A DNA stretch of 64,000 bases, from positions 128,001 to 192,000 of the forward strand of contig JAEOTO010000032.1 in the NCBI GenBank assembly GCA_016839805.1. Direction: 5' to 3'. Within the stretch, counting starts at the first letter, position 1, and the number at the start of each line of letters is the position of its first letter. This DNA comes from Candidatus Hermodarchaeota archaeon (GTDB taxonomy: Archaea > Asgardarchaeota > Hermodarchaeia > Hermodarchaeales > Hermodarchaeaceae). Of the stretch, positions 39,401-47,659 are shown piece by piece. The notes below the pieces were generated by a model. It did no database searches and was not told the origin of the DNA. It saw only the letters and a program-made list of their open reading frames with translations. The position numbers and the translations under genes were made by a program.

Positions 39401-39991
39401 ATGTTAATTGATTGGAGTCAACGAATTATTCAAACCAAGATCGTCTATTATGGACCGGCGATGAGTGGAAAAACTGAAAGTATCCGAGCCCTGTTTCATC
39501 ATCTCAATATTTTATCGCGTCTCGAGTCGATTGAAACAACTTCAGGACGAACCCTCTTTTTTGATTACGGTCCAATTGAACTAAAACACGGTGAGTGGAC
39601 TCTACAAATTCATATTTGGTCGGCAACGGGACAAGACTACTACGCTGAAACGCGTTCAACTGTCCTGGCAGGAACTGATGGTATTGTTTTTGTAGCTGAT
39701 TCAAGCCCTAATTTATTAAACGAGAATTTGCGTTGTTGGGAAGAGCTTAATGGATTTTTTGGAACTCGACTTGTAAACAACATACCGGTTGTTTTCGCAT
39801 TAAACAAACGGGATATCTGGCCCACCATAAGTCGATTTGACTTCATAAATTCTTTGAGATTAAATGGTTCTTCATTAATTTTCGAAACAGTAGCTACTCA
39901 AGGAACATTCACAGTAGAGATATTACAGGAAATTATTCGGAAGATATTACTTGAATCTAGTCTTGCACAACCTAAAAGGATAGGTACATAA
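39401..39991 (+). CDS. MglA-like small GTPase
   Basis: KIVYYGPAMSGKT, RTLFFD, ATGQ, DGIVFVADS, NKRD, ETVA. Confidence 0.92.
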   Translation: MLIDWSQRIIQTKIVYYGPAMSGKTESIRALFHHLNILSRLESIETTSGRTLFFDYGPIELKHGEWTLQIHIWSATGQDYYAETRSTVLAGTDGIVFVADSSPNLLNENLRCWEELNGFFGTRLVNNIPVVFALNKRDIWPTISRFDFINSLRLNGSSLIFETVATQGTFTVEILQEIIRKILLESSLAQPKRIGT

Positions 39992-40030
39992 TATCTCATT
40001 CTAAAGTGTCTAAATTAGGAGAACTATAGA

Positions 40031-40909
40031 ATGCTAGCTTCAAACTTAGAAGCCACCATAGTAGATCTTTTGCGTCTGGCTGTAACCGACTTACCACGAG
40101 ATGTCTCAAATGGACTTGAGCAAGCACTACAAAAAGAGAATAATCTAACAGCGAAAAATCAGTTAAATGCAATTCTCGATAACATCAATCTAGCCCGTCA
40201 GAATTCCATACCAATGTGTCAAGATACAGGTATTCAAATATTCTATGTTACAGTTGGATCAAAGTTTCCTTTACTTCATGAAATTCCTCAGATACTTGAA
40301 AATGCCGTACGAAGAGGAACCCGAGAAATCCCATTAAGACCCAACACTGTCAACCCATTTTTGCACAAGAACCCCAATGACAATACTGGTTTACATATTC
40401 CATGGATTAACTGGAAAATTATTCGAGGGACAGACCTGCAAATAACTGCTTTTCCTAAGGGTGGAGGTTCAGAGAATGTTTGTCAATTAGCAATGCTAAC
40501 TCCAGGGAAAGGAATTAGGGGCGTAAAACGCTTTGTGATTGACGCGGTTATTGAAGCAGGTGCAAAACCATGTCCACCAACCATAATTGGAATAGGGATA
40601 GGAGGAGGCGCGGATATTTGTATGAAACTTGCTAAAGAGCAATTGTTTAGACCTGTCGGTCAGCGTCATCCTAACCGGAAAGTAGCTAAATTGGAGGAGG
40701 AATTATTAGAAGCTATTAATGCAACAGGAATTGGCCCAATGGGATTGGGTGGAGATACGACCTCTTTGGATGTGCATATTGATTTTGCTATGCGACACCC
40801 AGCATCTCTCCCAGTGGGTTTTGCCGTGCAATGTTGGGCTGCAAGACGTGCGTCAGCAATAATCACCAAAAAAGGGAAGGTAAAATTCACTTCACATAAG
40901 GTGGATTAA
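40031..40909 (+). CDS. Fe-S fumarate hydratase, alpha subunit
   Basis: PMCQDTG, PLRPN, PKGGGSEN, KPCPP, GIGPMGLGG, QCWAAR. Confidence 0.93.
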   Translation: MLASNLEATIVDLLRLAVTDLPRDVSNGLEQALQKENNLTAKNQLNAILDNINLARQNSIPMCQDTGIQIFYVTVGSKFPLLHEIPQILENAVRRGTREIPLRPNTVNPFLHKNPNDNTGLHIPWINWKIIRGTDLQITAFPKGGGSENVCQLAMLTPGKGIRGVKRFVIDAVIEAGAKPCPPTIIGIGIGGGADICMKLAKEQLFRPVGQRHPNRKVAKLEEELLEAINATGIGPMGLGGDTTSLDVHIDFAMRHPASLPVGFAVQCWAARRASAIITKKGKVKFTSHKVD

Positions 40910-40911
40910 AA

Positions 40912-41511
40912 GTGGTAACATATGAATTAAGTACACCAATCTCCGAGGAAGATGTTCGAAAACTTCGTGTCAATGATGTTGTATACATTTCAGGAACAAT
41001 CTTTACAGCCCGCGATGAAGCCCACGAACGGGCTCTGGATTGGTTCATTTCAAATAAAGCCTTGCCAATTGATCCCACTGGTCTAGCGGTGTTTCACTGT
41101 GGACCAATTGTAAGGAAAGTGAAAGAAGAATGGGAGCTAGTAGCTGCGGGACCTACTACAAGCACGCGAATGGAAATGTTTGAAGATAAATTCATTGAGG
41201 CATTCAAGATTCGCGTTATTATAGGAAAAGGAGGAATGGGTCCCAAAACTGCAAGAGCCATGAAGAAGGTAGGAGCTATTTATGGAGCGTTTACAGGAGG
41301 CGCGGCAGTATTAGCTGCGAAAGCTGTTCGTCGGATTATTGATGTTGCTTGGCTAGATCTTGGAATGCCAGAGGCTCTTTGGATTATGGAAGTTGAACGA
41401 TTTGGTCCACTTATTGTAGCGATTGACTCCAATGGAACGAACCTATTCGAAGAGGTTAAGGCGGGAGTTGAACGAAGTCGTGAACATGTGTATAAACTAG
41501 CTGGTCTGTAA
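40912..41511 (+). CDS. Fe-S fumarate hydratase, beta subunit
   Basis: TARDEAH, FHCGP, AGPTTSTRM, IGKGGM, LGMPEA. Confidence 0.93.
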   Translation: MVTYELSTPISEEDVRKLRVNDVVYISGTIFTARDEAHERALDWFISNKALPIDPTGLAVFHCGPIVRKVKEEWELVAAGPTTSTRMEMFEDKFIEAFKIRVIIGKGGMGPKTARAMKKVGAIYGAFTGGAAVLAAKAVRRIIDVAWLDLGMPEALWIMEVERFGPLIVAIDSNGTNLFEEVKAGVERSREHVYKLAGL

Positions 41512-41521
41512 TAACAGTGGT

Positions 41522-43090
41522 CTATTTCAGACTCTCTCCACGGTAGGAGGCAGCGAGAAGATCAGTAATGTTCATAACTCTAATATCAGAATTTGAATTT
41601 TTTACCACATCAACTAATTGAATGAAACAAAATGAGCATGACGTAGCAATAACGTCTGGTTTGACTTCGCTAAGAATTTCGTATTTAATTCGAGCAATTT
41701 CCTGTGAAAGCTCTCGCCGACCAGCTCGTACACCTCCGCCGGCTCCACAACATCGGTCACTGTCTTCAACATCTATGAATTCAATTTTCGGTATCATTCG
41801 CAGAAGTTTTCGAGGCTCTTCGCTTATACCTTGATGGCGATTAAGATGACAGGGGTCATGATAGACTACCCGAATAGGTAAGGGTTTCAAATCTTGTTGA
41901 TTAAAGCGTTCAAAACCTAATTGATCGACTAAGTACTCGTTGATGTCAAATGGCTCGAAATCATACGGTGGTTTATCCTTTTCATGTAGAATAATTGGCC
42001 AATCCTGTTTGATTGTGGACATACAACCGGGACAAAGTCCAACAACTTTGTTGACTCCCAATTTTCGGAAGTAATCGGTATTTTGAATAACCATCTCAGA
42101 AGCTATAGCGCGTGCTCCTGTTCGAAACGCAACACTTGTACAACACACAAAATCTTTTGGAATATGTACTCGTACTTTGTTTCGTTTTAATACTTCAACG
42201 ACATTCAATCCTACTTGCTGTATTCTCAGATTTATTAGACAGCCCGGGTAAAACAGCACCTCATCAACTGGGTCATCGACATCTATCACATCAGGTAATT
42301 GGTCCGTAAGAGGAGTGCTCTTAACGTCAACTGCATACCCTGTACTTTCTATTTGTTTGATGAAGCCCTGATGCCCTTCTAATGGTCCCATCCCTCGCTC
42401 AACCGCGAGCGCACGTAAACCTTCCACTGCAGTTCGCCTAGTATCAATATGTTTGGGAATGCAAACTTCTTTGCATATTCCGCAGCTTGTGCAATCATAT
42501 AGACCACTAGTCACAGCTAATTGGACACGGTCACCTTGATCGCGTGGATCGAATTCAAAACTTGCCAATTCTCGCATTGCGATTGGTCCGGGGAATTCCT
42601 GTTTGGCTGAAGCTACAGCGGGACATGCAGCATAGCAAGAAAAACATTCAATACATGAACGCAGTTCCATTGCGGCAGAGATTTCTTCGCGAGTTAACTT
42701 TTCAGGTCGGTCAGGAGCTGATGTACGTTCTAAGTATGGGCGTAACTTCTCAAGGCGTCGGAACCCTGGTCCTAAATCCACTACAAGATCACGGATTATT
42801 GGAAAATTGAATAATGGTTCTAGTGTATATTGTTTCGAAGGGTCGACTACAGTTCGACAAGCAAGTCCGGGGATTCCGTTAATATCGATTGCACAAGATC
42901 CACATTGACCAGTTCGACAGTTCCAACGATAAGCCAAGGTAGAGTCCAAATTTTGAAAAATATAGTGGAGTGCATCAAGGACTCCTTGGCGATCTGAATA
43001 TGGAACTTTAAAAGTAACATATGTAGGTTCATCATCTATATCAGGATTGAATCGTTGAATCCGGAATTGAACCTTTTGTTTTTTTGCCAT
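41522..43090 (-). CDS. tfrB: Thiol:fumarate reductase subunit B (SdhB-type Fe-S plus CCG domains); probable start ATG 43090
   Basis: CRTGQCGSC, CIECFSCYAACP, CTSCGICKEVC, two CCG domains (YPGC/CC; YHDPCH/CCGAGGG). Confidence 0.9.
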   Translation of the reverse strand: MAKKQKVQFRIQRFNPDIDDEPTYVTFKVPYSDRQGVLDALHYIFQNLDSTLAYRWNCRTGQCGSCAIDINGIPGLACRTVVDPSKQYTLEPLFNFPIIRDLVVDLGPGFRRLEKLRPYLERTSAPDRPEKLTREEISAAMELRSCIECFSCYAACPAVASAKQEFPGPIAMRELASFEFDPRDQGDRVQLAVTSGLYDCTSCGICKEVCIPKHIDTRRTAVEGLRALAVERGMGPLEGHQGFIKQIESTGYAVDVKSTPLTDQLPDVIDVDDPVDEVLFYPGCLINLRIQQVGLNVVEVLKRNKVRVHIPKDFVCCTSVAFRTGARAIASEMVIQNTDYFRKLGVNKVVGLCPGCMSTIKQDWPIILHEKDKPPYDFEPFDINEYLVDQLGFERFNQQDLKPLPIRVVYHDPCHLNRHQGISEEPRKLLRMIPKIEFIDVEDSDRCCGAGGGVRAGRRELSQEIARIKYEILSEVKPDVIATSCSFCFIQLVDVVKNSNSDIRVMNITDLLAASYRGESLK

Positions 43091-43116
43091 TAATGTTAGC
43101 CTCATTAAAGCAATTT

Positions 43117-44814
43117 CTAAGTCCAAGGGGGGGGCCACTTAGTAACAACAACAGATGTGTTTTGAAGTGTCATCTTCCCGTTGTGTTTTGCCACCATAAT
43201 GTTGGTAAACCAATTTTTGTTATCAAGGCTAGGATAATCAGTTCGATAATGTGCACCCCTTGACTCTTTGCGAAGAAGCGCAGAACGAACAAACATCTCA
43301 GCTACGAGCAGCATATCTTGCAATTCTAGTGCATTTATCCACTCTGTATTGTAGCGCGTAGCTTTGTTTCGAACAGCAAGTTGGGAAGTGATCTGCTTTT
43401 GATGATCATTGATGAATTGAAGAGCTGCATTTAGGTCTTGTTCATTTCTGAATAATCCTGCTCTATCCCACATAACACGTTGAAGCTGTTTGGTTTCCAT
43501 TGACGGGCTTAATCCATCTTCTCTTTGCAACGGAGCCATTACACGTTCGTATTCTTCATTGATTGCCCTTCGATTAAGAGAGGGAGATTGAGCAGTAGCA
43601 GCATATTTTGCAGCTGAACCCCCAGCAATTTTTCCGAAAACTTGACCAGCGGCGAGAGCATTCCCTCCTAAACGATTCCCACCATGCACCCCACCCGCTA
43701 CTTCACCAGCGGCATAAAGCCCTGGTAAATTTGTAGCAGCCGATGCATCAATTTTAATCCCACCCATCACGTGGTGAGCTGTTGGTGTAACTTCCATTGG
43801 TTCATTCCGAATATCAATACCAATATCAAGAAAATCTTCTAGCATAGTAGGAAGTCTTTCTTCAATGATTTTTGTAGGTAAGAAAGAAACATCTAGATAT
43901 ACAGCTTCGTTTTCTGTTCCACGTCCTTCGCGAATTTCTGTCGCAATTGACCTTGCAACTTCATCACGTCCTGCTAGCTCCATGGATCGAGGATTGTATC
44001 GTATCATAAATCGTTCGCCAACTTTGTTGAGAAGAATTCCGCCTTCACCTCGCACACCTTCAGTGACTAGGCGCCCCCGTGCAGCAGGGGGAATAGCTGC
44101 ACCCGTTGGATGAAACTGAAACTGTTCCATATCGATTAATTCGACACCAGCCTTGTATGCCAATGCGTATCCACTACCCACATCGGCTTGAGCATTTGTC
44201 GTTACATCATAAATCCGTCCTGCACCACCTGCAGCCATAATCACAGAGGGAGCACGGAACACTTTGAAATTCCCAGTTCTAATATCAACAACTGAGATAC
44301 CCACCACACGCGTTTCTTTGGTTAGGAGTGAAGTGGCAAATACTTCATCGATAATATTAATTTCCCGTCTACGGAGTTCTTCAGTTAATGTTGCCAAAAC
44401 CTCATGCCCCGTCCTGTCTCCAGCATAGCACGTTCGACGATAGGTTTGGTGACCGAAAGGACGTTGCATTATTAGTCCATCGGGAGTACGGGAAAATATC
44501 GCACCAAAATTTTCTAGATCATATACTCTCTTAGGAGCATCCTCTACTAGGATTTCAACTAAATTCTGATTATTCAGGAAGGCTCCAGCGCTACACGTAT
44601 CCCTCCCATGTATTTCACATAAATCATCTGGATCTAGATTTGCTAGCGCGGCGTTAATTCCTCCTTCGGCCATAACAGTATGGGCTTTCCCCAAAATATC
44701 CTTAGTAATTACTGTAATATCCAGATCTGCCTCAGAAGAAGCAATAGCCGCACGACACCCAGCACCTCCTGCTCCAACAACCAAAACGTCTGTATCAATA
44801 ATTTCGAAAGTCAC
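43117..44814 (-). CDS. tfrA: Thiol:fumarate reductase flavoprotein subunit A
   Basis: GAGGAG, HTVMAEGG, QFHPTG, TEGVRGEGG, HHVMGG, HGGNRLGGN, ESRGAH. Confidence 0.92.
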   Translation of the reverse strand: MTFEIIDTDVLVVGAGGAGCRAAIASSEADLDITVITKDILGKAHTVMAEGGINAALANLDPDDLCEIHGRDTCSAGAFLNNQNLVEILVEDAPKRVYDLENFGAIFSRTPDGLIMQRPFGHQTYRRTCYAGDRTGHEVLATLTEELRRREINIIDEVFATSLLTKETRVVGISVVDIRTGNFKVFRAPSVIMAAGGAGRIYDVTTNAQADVGSGYALAYKAGVELIDMEQFQFHPTGAAIPPAARGRLVTEGVRGEGGILLNKVGERFMIRYNPRSMELAGRDEVARSIATEIREGRGTENEAVYLDVSFLPTKIIEERLPTMLEDFLDIGIDIRNEPMEVTPTAHHVMGGIKIDASAATNLPGLYAAGEVAGGVHGGNRLGGNALAAGQVFGKIAGGSAAKYAATAQSPSLNRRAINEEYERVMAPLQREDGLSPSMETKQLQRVMWDRAGLFRNEQDLNAALQFINDHQKQITSQLAVRNKATRYNTEWINALELQDMLLVAEMFVRSALLRKESRGAHYRTDYPSLDNKNWFTNIMVAKHNGKMTLQNTSVVVTKWPPPWT

Positions 44815-45275
44815 TTGGATTCACCCATCGCCTTGACAATTTTACTGAGTTTAATTGGTGAACTTATGCTCTTTTCTTGGATAGCCAAACCTGACTCCAA
44901 AGGTTGAATAATTTCTTGGATTACCCAATCCGTAGCTTTTCTTTGGGCAGTTTCATAATCTTTGTCTTCGGTATTCCGGTCAATGCGCATGAAAAAGTTA
45001 TATGGTTCATTTTCCGAACTTTCTTTGGAGATAATCCAGAACGATTTTCCACCTTCGGGAACATTAATTGAACCTGTTATTTCATACCACTCTTCAATTT
45101 TGATTTTACCTTGTTTTTCGCGGTCGATTCGAACTTTGGTCATTTGTACATTTCGAAGATCAGATATGTTCTGTAAGCTTTGGAAAAGGACTTCACTAGA
45201 TTTCTTAAGGTTATAATCAGCGATTGTAATTTTGACATAGAGATCTGTTCTAAATATTGGCATTGAAGTAAACAC
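44811..45275 (-). CDS. Hypothetical protein coupled to tfrA
   Basis: 154-aa ORF with a GTGA overlap with tfrA. Confidence 0.55.
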   Translation of the reverse strand: MFTSMPIFRTDLYVKITIADYNLKKSSEVLFQSLQNISDLRNVQMTKVRIDREKQGKIKIEEWYEITGSINVPEGGKSFWIISKESSENEPYNFFMRIDRNTEDKDYETAQRKATDWVIQEIIQPLESGLAIQEKSISSPIKLSKIVKAMGESK

Positions 45276-45412
45276 CTGGAGTGGGATTCCAGCAGCGGCA
45301 AAGTCTCAAGTTGCCTTAAACTTTACTCATTAATTGAGTTGAGCCGATTGATAACTACAAATTTTTTCAGTTTAACGAGTTTTTAACTTAATTTCATAGA
45401 CTTCTTTAGAGA

Positions 45413-46846
45413 ATGATGAGGATTCCAATTTTTAAAAGATATGAGGGTACTTTATTTGTATTATTCAAATGCCTTAGCCTTGGTTTTTTCCTAACTCTTG
45501 TTCATTTACTAATACAGCCGTTTATTTTGGTTGGAATTGCCACATTTCCTCTAATCCTCATAGGATCTGTAATACTCATCGTAAGATCATTCTTATTTGA
45601 AAATAGAACAGAGATTTTTGATTTAACCGCTCCAACCATATTCGACAATGGTCTTATGACCTTTCACTCACTGAATGAACAGTCTGCAGTCTTTTTCTCA
45701 TTTAATTTATCATTGTATAGATTGGAGGGGAGAATCGCAGAGCGAGCTCTTACAGTTCTTCTTAAGATTTTACCAGCTTCCACTATCTTATCGCTAGAAT
45801 GGTCCTCTCAGAACGAGTGCTTTGTGAATTTCTATATTAAACTTGAAAAGAATTCCTTCCTAACTCAAGCAAGAGAATTACTAGATAATATCACGAATAG
45901 TTTCAATAAAATTTTTGGAGAACAACAGATTCGTGCATTAAATGGAGAAGAAATTACGCTCCATTTTTCCATGGGAATGACTGGAAGGATTGGTCAAATT
46001 GCAGCTAAGGGAAAATGCCTTGACCTCTATACTGAGACAGCAAGAGAAAAGCGTTTTATTACCTTAATTAGCCCTTCAAATAAGGATACCCTTAAACATG
46101 TTTTGGAGAGCCTTACCCATTCAAATTTTATGAGAATATTTTTTCCAATGAAAAAGGTTGAAAAAGCCCTAAAAATTTCAGATCATCTTATCATGGTTTC
46201 AGATGTTGAATGTAAGTACAGTAATTCATTTCCTCAAACGGAAATGATTTCCATAACTAATCTGTCGGCACTTAAAGCAATTCGAATATTTGGCGATATT
46301 CTGACAAGAAATCTTATTCATGAAAAATCCAAAACGTCTAATTTTCAGAATACCGTACATCAAATTTTGGAATTCGTTTCACCATCATACACAAGGCAGG
46401 AAGACACCATGCAAACGGTAGTAACGCTCACTGCTAGCCCCCGAGCCTTAAATTCAAGAAAATGGAGAGAAAGTTTAATTCAACTTTCATCTCAATTGGA
46501 TTTACCTTTTGAAATTGATGCTCAAATGTTAGTTGAAGGAATTCCGATTAGACTCGACGGAAAAGTAGGAAATCTTTTATTTTTCATTATTCCGCAAATA
46601 AAAAATTCACACCTGAAATGGTTAATCAAAAGCCTCACGAAACTTCTTAAAGAAGATCACCAGATGAGAATCAACTTTTTATTAGACCAGAAGTTACAAA
46701 AACCGTTGGTTGATGAATTGATCTCTGCATCTGTGTTTACTGATCGAATACAAGGGATTTCGACCAAAAAAGAACTTAACGTGATTTTAAGCGATTACAA
46801 AAAGCTTCTCTTAGGAGAAAAAGACGTACTCGTCCAGGTAGTTTAG
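45413..46846 (+). CDS. Hypothetical membrane-anchored protein (two N-terminal TMs)
   Basis: 477-aa ORF; architecture loosely parallels the N-terminal half of 47660-50515. Confidence 0.6.
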   Translation: MMRIPIFKRYEGTLFVLFKCLSLGFFLTLVHLLIQPFILVGIATFPLILIGSVILIVRSFLFENRTEIFDLTAPTIFDNGLMTFHSLNEQSAVFFSFNLSLYRLEGRIAERALTVLLKILPASTILSLEWSSQNECFVNFYIKLEKNSFLTQARELLDNITNSFNKIFGEQQIRALNGEEITLHFSMGMTGRIGQIAAKGKCLDLYTETAREKRFITLISPSNKDTLKHVLESLTHSNFMRIFFPMKKVEKALKISDHLIMVSDVECKYSNSFPQTEMISITNLSALKAIRIFGDILTRNLIHEKSKTSNFQNTVHQILEFVSPSYTRQEDTMQTVVTLTASPRALNSRKWRESLIQLSSQLDLPFEIDAQMLVEGIPIRLDGKVGNLLFFIIPQIKNSHLKWLIKSLTKLLKEDHQMRINFLLDQKLQKPLVDELISASVFTDRIQGISTKKELNVILSDYKKLLLGEKDVLVQVV

Positions 46847-46892
46847 AAAATTCTTTAAGGATATTATGACTTCCTTCAGAACCGGTGGTTTA

Positions 46893-47195
46893 ATGGTTAA
46901 GAAAAATAAACCCGTTTCTAAACAGCCAACCAAAAAACAACAAAAGGACGAAGAGACTAAAACTCGGGGACGCGAATCTATTCGACGTGAGCTAATTATT
47001 AGTGAAGAACAAAAACAGGAAATGGAAAAAGAAATTCCAACAATGCGTGTAATCACAGCTAGTGCAATTGCTCAAAAATACTCGGTTAGAGTTAGTATTG
47101 CAAAAGCCGTATTATCTGAATTGGAATCAAAGGGATTAATTCGACAGGTAGCCTCTCAAGGAAAGTTCAGATTGTATTCTAAGACTTCAAGTTAA
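46893..47195 (+). CDS. rps25e: Ribosomal protein eS25 (probable ATG 46893)
   Basis: Lys-rich N-terminus; KEIP..VITASAIAQKYSVRVSIAKAVLSELESKGLI..LY. Confidence 0.88.
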   Translation: MVKKNKPVSKQPTKKQQKDEETKTRGRESIRRELIISEEQKQEMEKEIPTMRVITASAIAQKYSVRVSIAKAVLSELESKGLIRQVASQGKFRLYSKTSS

Positions 47196-47211
47196 CAAGG
47201 AGAAGATTTGT

Positions 47212-47613
47212 TTGGGTAACTCGACGTTCGTTTCGCGAATACCCATTGAATTCACCATAGGTAATGATCTCGTCTTGACGGGAGAATTAAACAGTGTGCT
47301 TTCCCCACGAACAATTGATAGACTTCTAAAGAAGATTCCAATAAATAGTCGAATACACATTTGGAAAAAAGAGCTTTATTTTGAAGTGGGAATTCGTATG
47401 GGAGTCGAAAAAGTTGCTGAAACCTGTAATGCTGGTGATATCGCATATTGGCCTCAAGGCGATGCTGTGTGCCTTTTCTTTCAAACAATGAGGCCATTCA
47501 GTAAAGTCAGCCCATTAGGTCAATTTACCAGCGTCGATTTTGAAAAAGTATTTGAGCAAATTCATTCTGGAATGATGATTAAAATTCGTCAAACAACTTC
47601 ATCTGAGGTTTGA
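47212..47613 (+). CDS. Cyclophilin-like fold protein (TM1367/DUF369 type)
   Basis: SPRT, WKKELYF, GDIAYWPQGDAVCLFF. Confidence 0.85.
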   Translation: MGNSTFVSRIPIEFTIGNDLVLTGELNSVLSPRTIDRLLKKIPINSRIHIWKKELYFEVGIRMGVEKVAETCNAGDIAYWPQGDAVCLFFQTMRPFSKVSPLGQFTSVDFEKVFEQIHSGMMIKIRQTTSSEV

Positions 47614-47659
47614 AGATACATACTGAGTGGTTTAAGTAGACCATTTTGAACACAATCCT

